Part shown: positions 12,813 to 27,511 of the stretch, piece by piece
Layout: every line of letters starts with the position of its first letter
How positions within the stretch are numbered: position 1 is the first letter of the stretch
Assembly (NCBI GenBank): GCA_016748015.1
Contig: JAAOMT010000175.1
Coordinates: forward strand, 229,395-293,394
From: Geosiphon pyriformis uo1
Taxonomy: Eukaryota > Fungi > Glomeromycota
Direction: 5' to 3'
DNA: 64,000 nucleotides
Made by a program: the position numbers and the translations under genes
The notes under the pieces: model-generated
What the model was told of the DNA's origin: nothing
The model's input: the letters and a program-made list of their open reading frames with translations, nothing else
The model's database searches: none

Positions 12813-15800
12813 CTATATAGCTATATAAACCAAAACTGAATCACTTACTCCAGAAAAAAACAAACAAAATTTGCAAAAGCCAAAATGTGTGCTAAAAGCT
12901 TTAGCTATGTTAAGCATTTTAACCACACCAGCAGAAAACCCTGAAGCCAAACCAGAGACTGATATGAGAGTAGAACCATCTAAGAGAATCAAGCCATTTT
13001 TCTCCATATATGCATGATGTTTAACATGAACTAACCAGATATTATCCCTAAAAGCAAGACTAAGGGAGCACACAAATTTAACAACCTCTTGACAAGCAAT
13101 CTTAGAATTATGGAAGATGGAAACAGTCTCATGAAAACAACCATCAAAAACACAACTCTTAAAAAGAGCCATTGATAAAAAGAAATCAAAAACACAAGTT
13201 GACAGCAACTGGAGCATACTTGAAAAGGAATAAAAGAGACCCAAAAGTGACTTTCAAGAATTCACATGGGATTCCAGTAACTGATGCCGAGCAGACTTAT
13301 TAACTTTACAGAAAAACACATAATTTAACACTTTCATCTTATCATAGTACAAGCACAATATACTGGAATAATATTTATTATAGAAGCACTTATGAATGGC
13401 CACAGACAATCAATGATGCAAAGCTTTTATAAAATAAGTGCATGTATTAACCAATGTCTTGCTGATATAACTGGTGGCCATATGCAAATCAGGATACTAT
13501 ACTAACAAAAAACAGTGCCAATTAATCTCAGAAAGCAAACCATGAGCCAAAAACTTCGAGCTTAAGCCAACCTCTCAATACATACAACAAACAGAATAAT
13601 AAACATTATGAACAAAATATTTAAAATTGCCAGAAATAATACTGCCATCAGCCACCAAAAAATGTTTACTCAGATGAGAAAAAAGAACCAGTCAGAAACA
13701 GAAGTGTCACCAGTGATCACATCAACATGTTTATTTCCTGGAATTCTAGAGTAATCTATTATCTTGTGCCAACTAACACTCAAATTTTTACTGCAAATAA
13801 TATTAACAATATGTCAACACTCAACTCAGCACTGATTACAAAAATCAGAACACACCAAATCCAGTTCTGATTTGCAAGCATCCAAAGCAGATTGATTATC
13901 CAAAAACAAGCAAACAGAACTAGACAGAAAAACACACTCCAGAGCCAATGCAATAGCTTGTATTTCAGCCAAAGTAAACAACATTAAACCCAATATGCCT
14001 ATGTTCAAACCCAAATCAATGTCTTCAAAAAAAACAGCAGCACCAGCTCTGCAGCCAACTGTACCCAAACTTTTTAGAGACTCATTTGTATATACAGATA
14101 AACTACCAGTACCTATCCAAGACAGACAATCACATACAGACACAAAACTGCTTGAGCCAAAAATGTTCAGAGAACCAACACCACTCAATGCTGAGAGAAG
14201 AGTCAAAGACAAATTCACATTATTGAGAAATGCAGAAGAAAGTTTGAACCACTTAGGAACAGAGCCATGGGGGTCCAGTCTCTTTCACTACTTGAATGTG
14301 TACTAATCAAAAACAGCACCATGATGATCATGAAGCTGATCCACAAACACAATGTTATACTGTTGAAAAAAGAGAAAAAACTTGAAAAACTTTGACTCAC
14401 CAAAAACAGCAGACATGGAAATTCCACCATAAAAGCAAAAAGAATTGGCCAGAGAGCCACCAATTAACAGACTGCAGTTAAAAAGAACACAAACCATGTC
14501 TGCTAAAAAATTATTAGAAGCATTAGCATGAATACAAACAAGAGAGCTCAAAAAATGAACAGGATGCCAACAAAGAACTTGTAAATCATGAGACCTGTGA
14601 AAAAACAATTGATTCAGAATTCTACTGAAGTTCACAAAGCTAATAAGAGAAGCAATCTTACTTTCAGATTGAATTTGCACAAAAGATTTTAAACCATAAA
14701 AAAAGAGATAGTGAATTGTATTACTAAAAAAGTCACAAGGCAGGCCAGATTTGAGTTTCAGTCTCTTACAAATCATAGCATTCCATTTGTTGCACACACC
14801 AACTGGAACAAAACTAAACTGCATTTTATAACTGACTATAGAATAAAGAACTGCTGACACCAAATACAAAAACTGTTTATCTAAGACTGCCTTCCTTAGA
14901 ACCAAATTGGTAAAAAAGCAAATGTCCAAATGTGTCTTAGCCAAACTAAGCTTTAAAAAACCTTCAGTCAAAAAAAAAATATCCAAATACTAATGAGATT
15001 CACTCTTTTTGGTGATAGAGATAAGTGCACTGCTAATAGAGAGAAAAAGAGTGCTAACTCTGTTATTAATGGAAATGGCCACTGTTTTATTATTATTGAT
15101 TGAAATGTCATTGATCTAAAAGAAATCACTAGCAATACTGAAAATATGCTGAGTAGCATTCTGACTGCTATCAATCCAAATTGTATTATTAATAAAGGCA
15201 CCAGCAGCAAAAAAGGAAAAAAGCCTAGCCTAAGATTTAATGTGACTACTTCTGGAAACAAAATGAGAATTCAGTATATACCCATACACACTCTCCTGAC
15301 ACTTGACTTCACACAACAGAGGATCATAAAATATGTGCCACAGAAGAGAAGAAAAAACTTCTCCTTGGTTCAAATTATTATGTACACAATAACCACTTGT
15401 CAAACCAAAATCCATCATAACCCTGTTGGTATAATCTCTATGAATACTACCAAAGAATCAAATGAATTTGCTGTACATCTTAATCTTAATCAAACTCTTC
15501 TCAAGATGTTTTCATTCAACCGAATTGTATGCTTTCCATATGTCTTACAAAACCAGCCAAAGCTTCCAATTTTTTTCCAAAGCATCTTCAATAACCAAAC
15601 CAATTGCAAAAATGAGAGACTGAGTTGACGTGCTCTTCAAAACTGAAAAATTGTCCTTATGAAGAACATCAAAAGTGCTACATGCCGAAGAAATCTTATC
15701 AAAGAGAATCTTGAAAAGAATCTTGCAAGCCATCTCAATTAAAGCAATAGGATGAGTATTTAACAGAACACTCTCCCAATCATAAGGCTTAGAAATCATT

Positions 15801-17500
15801 AAGACCCAAGCCTTCTTCTAAGAGCTGGGTACAGATTTACAAGCCAAACAAGAGTTCAAAAGTATCAAAAGCAGATTAAGAACTGATTTATTACAATGCT
15901 TCCAGAGCTCATTTAAGATACTTGAGAGGCCAACAGCTTTGCCATTAGGCAAATCAGAAATCATCCCATACAATTTATCAAATCCAATTGAACACATCAC
16001 ACCAGAAAAAGCTTCATTGAAAACATACTCCAAATGTTGATATTAACAGCTTCAATAATCAGAAACATTGTTGACCACCCAACATCTTCTAGTCCAATCC
16101 TCCATAATTGTATCTATCTTAGATTTGACCAACCTTGGCTTCAAGACCATCTCATTGCTCACAACTAAATAATCTAATACCACCTTATGAAAAGGACACT
16201 TTAGCACACTTTTGATGATATGACTCTTGTCCAATTCAAAATTTTCTATTCTTTTGCAAATTGCTTGTTTGATGTAAAACTCTTTAGCATGCTTTGATTC
16301 CAACAATTTGGAAGAGTGATAAGATTTTCTTGTCTTAGCCAGCTCAGAACAAACAGTATCAAAATTAAAACCTAAAAGAAAAAAAAATTTTACTCTCACT
16401 GTGCCACTATTATCAAGTCTATTCCAAGTCTCTAACAATGAAACAAAATCTTTACTAAAAGTAAAATAAGAAGCTTTCATTAACTTAGATACTAGCAACT
16501 TAAGTTTATGAAACCTAAAAGACACTTTGGTAAAAACATCATCAAAACTCTTGAACCACTTTTTTCTAAAAGTACTATTGGCTAAAAAAACTATTATTTT
16601 GCAAACAACAGCCCACATTGTGTCCAGACCCAAAAATGATCTAGCCCTAGCAAATTCATCCAAAAACATAGTAGCATTAGCTGCCATAGCATCCCTAAAC
16701 TCGCACTATTTTACTACATTAGCATTTTTGATGTCAAACTTTTAACAATCCTTATTAGCTCACTTTTGTAGTAAAGACAGCTACACATCCAACAAATCAC
16801 CAAGACCCATGAAGACAGCAATAGCTTTGTGATCAATATTAAAATGGTCTACTACATCAGTTATACTGCAGTTTACTATTGAATTGACCAAATTAGAAGA
16901 AACAAACATATAATTAATCACTCTGGTGATATTATGAGAATTGCACCACATTGGTGTCTTAGCAACTAAACTCTTACCTAAAGAGTTGACCAAACCCAAA
17001 TCAAGGCACTTTTTGTAACTAACACATCTATGAGAACCATCTTCATTGAAGTTACTACCAAAAATGATAAAAGAAGACTCATTCACAGCTTTAGCAATAA
17101 GAAAGTTGATCTCACCAGCTTGGAAGAAATGAACTGAGAAAAAAGCACCAGCATAGAGCCCCAGAATTAAAACAGAAAGTTTATTTTTGAAAAGCAACTT
17201 GATAAAAAGAAGCCGACCAAATATCTTAGAAATCTTAAACATGTGCTTTGCCAAAGAATTATTCATGACTATAGCAACACTTGAACCCAAGTAGCCAGAG
17301 TCCATACTTAAAGTAAACACATAAATACCACTAAATTTGTTAACAATCCATGGACAGATCTTCTCTTTTAGCTTTGTTTCCATAAAAATTAAATCCAGAT
17401 TGTTTATGTTCTTATGTCAATGCACAATATTTTTTTGTTTAGCTGAATTGTTCATATCTTTAATATTACATGTAGCAATCTTTTATACTAGACTGGTCAT
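12813..17500 (-). pseudogene. LINE2 ORF2 (endonuclease, RT, RNase H)
   Basis: APE motifs ETKLK, G.NFNED, DHKAI. RT motifs HPIALIE and QGEVFS. RNase H motifs VYT(D), AEIQAIALAL, LDNQSAL. Confidence 0.9.
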
Positions 17501-19338
17501 TGAGAAAAAAGTTTGGGAAATGTACTGCCAGCCAAAATCAAACTATCAAATCTTGCTGTCAGACTTAGAATTGAAGCAGAAAGCCCTTCTAGTATGTTTT
17601 TTAGTCTTTTTATCTCAGGAAAGGCAGAAGATTCCAAATTCACAGCAGTCTCACCACCTGTGGTTCCATTTGAATCCTCTCCTATCATTACATTACTCAC
17701 TCAATCCTGCAATAGAGGAGTTACTGGCAGCTGACATTCAGGGCTAGGCTGAAAAACTGCTGGTACAAGTAAGTCCAATTTCTTAACCAACTCACTAATT
17801 TGTTTCATAAGACTGGTAAGACTGCTCTCCAAAACAGCAAACCTTTTTTCAATATCAATCATAACAGGTAAGGTAGGCTTTATCTCTGAAGAAAAGCCAG
17901 AATTGACCAAACTACTATGCACAGAGAAAAGAGAAAACAAAGATCCACCAGCAATTTTTGTCTAAGACATTCCACCAAAAGTAACAGGACAAGCAATAAG
18001 AGCTGAACATTTAGCATAGATGGTAGCCAGTCTGCTTTTATCTATATCTAAAAGTGTCCTATAAGAAGATCTTCCAGAGGAAAGATTCTTACTCACAGAA
18101 CAGCCCAATGACATATGTTTTATTTTCCCACACTTAGCACATTTAGAAAAACCCAAGCAAGACCAATGCAGATTCATGTCTCTCAAAACTAGAGTAGTGT
18201 TCATGGCAGTATCCAAGAATTCAGCTGAATTGAAACAAATAACAGCACATCTGGCCCAAGCATATGTAATTGGATGATGATTAATCACACATGTTTTCTC
18301 ACCTATGGAGCCAATGAAATCCCAAATGTTATGAGCATTTGTTCTCATTGGCAGAGTATAGAGCAGTGCCCTATGATGATCCTTTACATCCCACAATTCT
18401 TTATCTTTATTAGCTCTGACCATATACACAGCATCTTTTTTAATCAGGATAGACCAATAAGCTGCGACTAAATCAGTCTGTTCAATCTCACCAAATTTGA
18501 CTATAGCTTTTTGCCACAAACCTACCAATTGCATCTTGATCAACACCACTACACCATATTCAGATAGTGCAACACACACAGCCTTAGCTGACATTCCAAC
18601 TGGAATTTTTTTCAATACTACAGTCTGATTTGAGCACTTAGTAGATTTTTTAAAATCAGTATTTACTAAGATCTTTGTACTAGTAGCCTTTTCAGTGGCT
18701 TTCATCAAACCCAATTCGGAAGTAAATGTTGCATGGATGATCCCAGAAAACTTTGAGGGAGTAGAGGCTCCCCCAAAACCATTGATACCTGAAAATAATT
18801 TTTTGACTACTGAAAGCTTCTTTTGAAAAGATTTTCTATACATCTTGTTTAAGCCAATATCCAAAGCAAACAATTTTCTAACTAAAATGTCAACCAGAGT
18901 TTTTAAAAATGGGGGGAGTGTCAATGGAGTGTTCAACAGTATGTTATTACTATTATTACCCAAGAAGTTAATTTTTCCTAGTGGTTTTTTCAGTGCTCTT
19001 TTGATTAAAATTTTTGAACTCTTAGGCATTTGTTTCAAGTCTCCTTTAGTAAAAGCTCTATCATCTTCATAATCAAAACTGGTTTCTTCAACCAAACATT
19101 TCTCTTCCATGTCTACACTATCTGACTCAGTGGTATTACCAGTTTCAGAACTCCAAAAATGACCACTTAATACCTTAGCTGCAGCAAATTTTTTATTATC
19201 AATATTATCCTCTAAAGCACCACCTCTTTTCTTCTTTCTAGACTCAGCAGACTTAACTCTAATGTTAAAACCAGGCTCCATGATAGATTTGTTTAAAACA
19301 GCAATACTAAAGCCAATAGTGGTCTCATAATCAAGCAA
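17497..19338 (-). pseudogene. LINE2 ORF1 (RRM-like region, CCHC knuckle, coiled coil)
   Basis: 458-aa fragment with CAKCGKIKHMSLGC, plus in-frame pieces 17701-17940 and 17497-17700. Confidence 0.85.
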
Positions 19339-19653
19339 AAATAGTTTGAATTTATTGTGTTAAATGGTGAAAAAACTTCTTTCAGAAAAATTTTTTGGCT
19401 CTTTTTTGGAAATTTGAGATAAATGAGAGAAAGAAGTTTTTTTTATCTTAATTCAAGTCATCAAAAATTTTATAATTATTAAATAACTTAAAATTTATTA
19501 TAATATAATTAACTTAATTAATATGAATACTACCAAAAAATTTGTAAATTTTTTTACATATTTTAATCTTCTTTACAAAATTAATTATAATTCACAATTT
19601 TTTCAAGAGTATTTTCTATTATAATATTTATTGTTACTAATTATGTATAGTAA

Positions 19654-20320
19654 TGTTATGGTTGAAACCCATAGTTTTTATTAATTATTACATATATTAG
19701 CCACTGATGTCATATAATTAGCCACCCTATTTTTAGATAGTGATTGTTGACCTGATCAATGATCTGACCATTGACCTGATCATTGACCTGATTATTGACC
19801 ACTTTAGATAGCTATATAAGCGATGATTCTCTTAGCTGTAGAATGACATGATCAAAGTAATGAAATAAAACAATATCAATTACTTTCTTTCATATTACTT
19901 ATTTCTCTTTTCTTACCTTCAAGTATCTACTCGTTGGCATTCACATACTTTATTTTTTCCTTTTCTTGATTTGTATTTGTTAGAATTAGCCTAAGAAGCA
20001 ATTGGCTTGCTCTTGTAATTCATTGAATAAAAGAAATGATTGAAAAGCACAACAATATCTGTTATTGATTCTAAGAATTGCCAAGTTGAGGCATAAAATA
20101 ATAGCAGCAGTGTTATCTTGTTGACAATCATAGACTATTCTTCTACCTTCAGATTTAAGAAAAGATTAGTGACTGTGATTTTTATGAGACTGATCATGCA
20201 CATTGAATCCTTACTCATTCAATTCACTCCCTTATTGTAATTTTCTCTTTGTTTATTTCCATTACCATACAATACTGTTCTTCCTTGCTATCCATTAGCT
20301 TGTTACTCCAACCCGTAACA
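19654..20320 (+). mobile_element. Solo LTR of family C (667 bp)
   Basis: TGTTATGG...CGTAACA, reverse complement of 42566-43243 and 49125-49778. 4-bp TSD GTAA at 19650-19653 and 20321-20324. Confidence 0.95.
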
Positions 20321-20874
20321 GTAAATATAAATTAAATTTAGTTTAAAATACTTAAATATTATATTGTACTAAATAATAATAAGTAGAATTTATAATTAAG
20401 TTTTTAAAAAAATTATATATAAAACAAACAAAAATTAGAAAAGAAATTTACTTAATAATTTTAATAAAAAATTCTGTATTATAATAACAATAATATATGA
20501 TCAAAATTAAAAAATTTATAAAAAATTAATTAAAGTTTAAATCAGAACTTTAAATATTAAAAAATATCAAAAAAACAGTTTTATAATATTAATAAGCTTA
20601 AACCAAACAATAATATTTAAAAAACTTAAAAAACAAACTTAATAAAAAACAGCTTAATACTATTTTTAAAAACAGATTTTAATTCAATAAAATTATATAA
20701 AAACTAAAAAATAATTTTAATATAAACTAATTTAATCTTAAAAAAATATTATATTTTAAAATAAAATTATTTATTCATAAGATTTTTAATAATTAACAAT
20801 TGTTTTTTAAATATTATAAAAACAATTACTAAAAAACAAAAAAAAAAGATTTTTAATTAATTTAATTTTTAAAA

Positions 20875-20908
<34 letters not shown>

Positions 20909-21019
20909 AAGTGAAGTCCAAATACTGCTTAGCACTATATATCATGTAAATAATTTAAACTAGGTATGAATTATGCACTTTCTACACGTGATTAGCCATT
21001 CGGACCAATCAGAATGATA

Positions 21020-24000
21020 CTATACACTTATATAAACAGAAACCATATTATCTGTACCTGAGAAGAATAAGCAGGGCTTACAAAACCCAAAACCAACACC
21101 AAACACCTTGGCAATGCCCAATAACCCAGCCACACCAGCTGAAAGTACCAAAGAAAGCCCAGAAATTATGTAAGAAATAAACCCATCATGTAGAATAAGC
21201 CTATTCTTTTCTATAAATGCATAGTATTTGGTACAAACCAACCAAATGTCCTCCCAAAATGCAAAACTAAGCTTGCATGCAAAGACTATAATATTCTGAG
21301 ATTCATGAAACCAATTTCTGAAGACAAAACCCTTACACAGCACAGTGCTGACTAAAATGTCAGAGGCACAGGTAAACAACAGCTGCACAATACCTGAAAA
21401 AGAACAAGCCAGACCAGAGTGCATTTCTCAAGCAAACGCATAAACATTAAACAACCAAGCACAACTAACAGCATCAAATAAACAAAAAAAGCATAGTTTG
21501 AGACTTTGACATTACCACAGAACAGACACATCACACTAAGGGAATACTTATCATAAAGCTGCTTACGCAAAGCAACAGGAAGCTGATGGTGTAAGGTTTT
21601 CATAAAATATGTCTGGAAGCCAGTTGTCCACTTGCTAGTAAAACTAGTGGCCATGTGAGAATCCGGATGCCAAACCAAAAAAGATCTAAGCCAGTTAATA
21701 TCTGCATGCAAATAGTTTGCCACTACCTGGGAACCAGAATCAACTTTCTAATACACACAATAAACAAACCAAAAAACATCCTGAACAAAATGTCTAGAAT
21801 TGCCAGAAACAGTTGCACTACCAGCTCTAAGATAGTATTCATTAACTAAGTGGGGCAGATGCCAACTAGAGAGGGCAGCAGTCCTGGCCAACTCATCAGC
21901 ACACTCATTGCCTAAAACTCCTGAGTGATCTTTAACTTTATGCCAAATAATATCCAAATTCTTATAACAAATAACACTGGCAATGTGGCAATATTCAATT
22001 CAACACCTATTCCTAAAATCAAGGTGATCCAATTCCAACTCCAACCTGCATGCATCCAAAGCAGCTTGACTGTCTGAGAACAAATCGACTGAGTGAGAAA
22101 AAAGAACACACTTAAGAGCCAGAGCAATGGTCTGCAATTTCATCATGGTAGAAAACATCAAATCAGTTACTTTTACACCCAAACTCATACCTGTGTTTTC
22201 AAAAAAAACAACAGCTCTAGTTTTCATATCAAGAGTCCTCAAACCACTTAATGATCCATCTGTATAGACAGAAAGATAATCAATATTAGCACACAACAAA
22301 TCATCACTAATAACACCAAACTCGCAAGATTGAAAAACATTCAAAGAGCCACAATTGTCCAAAGGCAAGGAACAAATTGACATAGAAGATGCACCACCAA
22401 GAAACTAAACTGAGAGCTCAAACTATGCAGGAACTGAACCACATAGGTCTAACCACTTCTATTGTTTGAAAGTTTTCTACTCGAAAACAGCCTCACTTTT
22501 GTCACATAATTGGTTTACAAAGGCAATTCTATAATGCCGAAGCAAAAAGACATACTTAAGATAATTTGATTCACCAAGAACAAGAGACATCGGGGTACTA
22601 CTATAGTGACAAAAAGCACTGGCCAGAGAGCCATTCAAAGACAAATCACTTCTATAGAAAATACACACCATATCTGCTAAAAAATTATTTAAAGAGTTAA
22701 TCTTAACACAAATTGGGTGTTGTAAAGGGTAAAGTGAATACCAGCAAAGAATCTGAAAATCATGTAACCGGTGAAAAAACAGCCTACCCAAAATTCCAAC
22801 AAAGTTCATAAAAGAAATGACTGAGGCTACTTTGCTTTCAGCCTGAATCTGATCAAAGGTTTTTAGACCATACAGGGAAGGATAATGAATAGTATTATTA
22901 GGGAAGTCACATGGCAAACCAGACTTAGACTTCAGATCTTTATGAATCAAAGTGTCCTACTTATTGTACACACTAGTAGAAACAAAACTGAATTGCATTC
23001 TATAGCTAATGATAGGATATAAAACTGCCAAAACTAAATATGAAAACTGTTTATTGAAAATTGCTTTTCTTAAGACTAGGTTAGCAAAAAACCAGACATC
23101 AGAATTTGCCTTAGCCAAGCTAGGCTTTGAATGATCCTTAGTGGACAAAAAAATTCTCAGGTAGCAATGTGATTTCTCTTTTTTGGCAACAGAAATAGAT
23201 GATCTGCTGATCAACAGAGAGTGATTTGTAATTTTACAGTTGATGAGAATGATCACAATTTTGTTATTATTAATTGAAATGTTATTGATGTTAAAAAATT
23301 CACTAGCAATATTGAGAATGTACTGTGTAGCACTTTAACTGCTGCCAACTCATATAGTGTCATCAACAAAAACACTTGCCACAAAAAAGAAAAAGAAGCC
23401 TGTCCAAGATTTGGCATGATCACATCCAAAAATAAAATTAGAATTCAACTTATACCTATACCTGTTTGCCTGTCTCTTGATCTTGTACAGAAGAGGATCA
23501 TAAAATATGTGCCAAAAGAGTGGCGAGAATACCTTCTTCTGGTCTAAGCCATCATGTACCCTGTACTCATTTGACAAACCAAAATCTGTTATAATCCTAT
23601 TAACATAACTATTATGAATATCATCAAAAAATCTAATAAATCTGTGTCACATTTTTATTCTAACCAAACTGTTTCAAAAATGCTTCCACCCAACAGAATT
23701 ATAAGCCTTCCATATGTTCTATAAGACCAACCAGAGTTCACGATCTTTTTCCAAAGCATTTTCAATAACCAAACCAATGGCAAAAATAGGAGACTGCATT
23801 GTTATACTCCTTAAAACTGAAAAATTGTTCTCACACAAAACATTATAAGTGCTACAAGCTAATGAGATTCTATTCGAGAGAATTTTGGAAAAGATCTTGT
23901 GAGCAGTCTCAATTAAGACAATAAGTTGGGTGTTTATAAGAACTTCCTTCCACTCATATAGCTTGGAAATTATCAAGATCCAAGCTTCTTTCCAGGCACT

Positions 24001-25673
24001 GAGTACTAACTTATAGATCAGACAGGAATTTAAAAACACCAAAAACATATTCAAGATTGACTTGTCACAATGTTTCTAAAGCTCATTTAAAATTCCAGAA
24101 AGACCAACAGCTTTGCCTTCAGGCAGATTAAAAACCACACTAAGCAATTCATCAAAAATAACTGAACGCATTACATCCAAAAAGGCACCATCAAAAACAT
24201 ACTCCAAAGGCTGATATTGTCATGACCAATTATCCAAGATATCAGATACCACCCTGCATTTCCTGGTCCAACTTTCCATAATTCCATCCACTTCAGACTT
24301 AATTAAACTGGGTTCCAATACTAATTCATCTTCTACAACCAGATAATCCAATACCACTTTGCGAAAAGAATGCTCCAAAATACTTCTGATGATGTGATCC
24401 TTGTCTAATTCAAAACTTTCTATCCTCTTATTAACAGCCACCTTGATACATGATTCTTTAGCACACCTAAATTCCAGCAACTTAGAAGAACAGTACAATT
24501 TTCTTACTTTAGCCAGAGCTAAACAAATTATGTCAAAATTGGAACCTGAAAAAAATAAAAATTTTACCACCAATGTACCAACAGTATCAAGCTTAACCCA
24601 CATATCCAACAATAATGCAAATTCCACACTAGAAACCAAAAGGGAAGCCTTAATTAGCTTAGATACCAATAACTCCAGCTTATAATATCTAGAAGACTCT
24701 TTGGTGAAAACTTCATCATAATTCTTAAACCATTTCTTTTTGAATGTTTTATTTGCTGAAAGAAACATTATCTTGTGAACAACATTCCACATAGTATCCA
24801 AATCTGAAAATACTACAGAGACAGCGAATTCACTTGAGAACATTGCAGCATTGGCTGACATAGCACCCTTAAAATTGTTTTATTTCTTTTCTCCAACATA
24901 TTTGAAATCAAATTTTCAATGATCTCTATTCATCTGCTTGCAAAAAGAGTATAAATGCATATTCAATAGTTCACCCAAACCTATGGACACAGAAACAGCC
25001 TAGTAATCTGTGTTGAAATGCTCATCAATCCCAAAAACGTTGTAATGTACTATCATGTTGGCCAGATTTGGAGAAACCAACACATAATTAATCATTTTCA
25101 TAATGCCTCTAAAGTTCACCCAAGTAGGCTTTTTCAACATTGTGCTCCCAGCCAAAGAATTAATCAGACCAAGATCAAGACATTTTTTGAAACTTGCACT
25201 TTTATGTGAATCATCTTCATTAAAATTACCACCAAAAATAACAAAAAAAGATTTATTCACAGTCTTTGCAATAAGAGAGTTGATTTTGCTAGCCTAAGAG
25301 AAGCAAACTGCTTGAGAAGCACCAGCATAAAGGCCCAAAACTGAAACTGAAAGTTTGTTCTTAAAAAGCAACTTAATTGACAGAAGCCGACCAGGCACTT
25401 CTAAAATCTTGCACATATGCTTTACCAAAAAAAGTTCATTATAACCACAACACCAACATCCAGATGACCAGATTCCAAACCAGAGGTAAACACTTGAACA
25501 CCATCAAATTTGTTGATGATCCAAGAGCAAATTTTTCCTTTTAACTTTGATTTCATAAAAATAGAAACTAAATTGTTCTCATCTTTGTGCCAATAAATAA
25601 CATTATTTTGCTTTGCAAAATTGTTTAATCCTCTAATATTGCATGTGGTAAACTTCCAAACTAGACTGGTTAT
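21020..25673 (-). pseudogene. LINE3 ORF2 (APE-RT-RNaseH-Zn finger)
   Basis: RT catalytic FVDDTI (~23355-23372). RNase H VYTDGSL, FSDSQAAL, WHKVKDHSGVLGNECADELA. C-terminal CLFCG..YAFF. Confidence 0.9.
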
Positions 25674-27511
25674 TGAGAAAAAGATTTGAAAAATACACCA
25701 CCAGCTAAAACTAAACCATCAAATCTCGCTGTCAGACTTAGAACTAAAGCAGAAAGTTCTTCTAACATGTTTTCTAGTTTTTTCATCTTAGAAGAGGCAG
25801 AAAAGTCTAAATTCACAGCAGTCTCATCACCTGTAATCTCACCTGAACCCTTTCCCATCACTATATTACCCACTTGATTCTGTGATGGAAGAGTCACTGG
25901 TAGCTGACATCCAAAGCTAGGCTGAAAAACTGCTGGCACAAATAAGTCCAACCTCTTAGCCAACTTACTAATTTGTTCTATAAAGCTGATAAGACTGCTT
26001 TCCAAAACAGAAAAATTTTTTTCAATGTCAAATACAACAGAAAGAGTAGGCTTTATCTCCAAAGAGAAGCCAGGATTGACTAAACCATTTTTCACAGAGA
26101 GGGGAGAAAATGAAGATCCACCAGCTATTTTTGTCCATGAAATCCCACTGAAAGCAACAGGGCAAGCAATAGAAGCCAAATGCTTGGGATAGATAGCAGC
26201 CAATCTGCTTTTATCCATGTCTAAAAGTGACATATGAGATGGCCTGCCAGAATACAAACTTCCACTCACAGAACAGCCCAATGATATATGCCCTGTTTTT
26301 CCACATTTGGTGTACTTAGAAAAACTTAGACAAGCTCACTGCAAACTGGCCCCTCTCAATACAGGTGTTGTTCTCACAATGGCATCCAAAGACTCAGCTG
26401 AATTAAAACAAACAATGGCACACTTGGTCTAGGCATACATGACAGAATGCTGGTTGATCACACATGTCTTTCCACCCACAAAACCAATAAAATCCCAAAT
26501 GTCATGAGCATTTGTTCTCACAGAGAGAGTATAGAGCAGTGCCCTATAATTGTTTCTTGCATCTCATGATTCTTTGTTTATATCAGACTTAGCAACACAC
26601 ACTGCATCTTTCCCAATTGGAATAAACCATTTTACTGCAACCAAATTAGCATGATTTACCTGATCAAACTCAACTACTGCTTTCTGTCACAGCCTTACCA
26701 ATTGCATTTTAATCGACTTGATTGACCCAAATTCAAATAGTACAGCATGCACAGCCTCAACTGATGTTCCAACTGGAATTTTTTTCAACACCACAGCCTG
26801 ATCTGAATGCCCAGTAGATTTCTTGAGATCAGAATTAACCAAGATTTTTGCCTCTTCAGCCTTTTTAAAAGCCTGCACCAAACTTAATTCAGAAGTGAAT
26901 GTCACTTTGATGATTCCAGCAAATTTTGAGGGGGTAGAAGCCCCCCCAAAATCATTGATTCCTGAAAACAATTTCCTGACCACTGCACATTTTTTTTGAG
27001 AAGATTTTCTTGTTACCTTGTCCAGCCCAATATCCAAAGCAAAAAATTTACGAACAGAAACATTGATCAAATTCTTTAAAAGGGGAGAGAGAACCACAGG
27101 TTTGTTCAAAAAAATGTTATCATTATTATTGTCCAAGAAGTCAATTTTTCCTAGTGGTTTATCCAGTGCTCTTTTGGTCTGAATCTTTGAACTCTTAGAA
27201 GTTTGTTCCAAGTTTCCTCCAGTGAAAGCTCTATCATCTCCATAATTAAAGCTGGTTTTTTCAACCAAACATTCCTCTTCTATGTCTACACTATCTGACT
27301 TAGTGGTATTACCTGTCTCAGAACTCCAAAAACAACCATTTGGCACCTTAGCAGTAGTGAATTTCCAATTACCAATGTTATTTTCCAAAGCACCACCTTT
27401 CTTTTTCTTTCTAGGTTTAGTAGACTTAACACTAATATTAAAACCAAACTCCATGATAGACTTGTTTAAAATAGCAATACTAAGACCAATAGTGGTCTTG
27501 TAATCAAACAA
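25670..27511 (-). pseudogene. LINE3 ORF1
   Basis: Fragments 26687-27511 and 25670-26281 are highly similar to LINE2 ORF1. Confidence 0.85.

Larger units (their letters stand above)
12682..19441 (-). mobile_element. LINE copy 2, full length (ORF1 + APE-RT-RNaseH-Zn finger ORF2)
   Basis: 12-bp TSD TTTATCTTAATT at 12670-12681 and 19442-19453. (TAA)n tail. 5' motif AAAACTTCTTTCTCTC. Confidence 0.92.
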
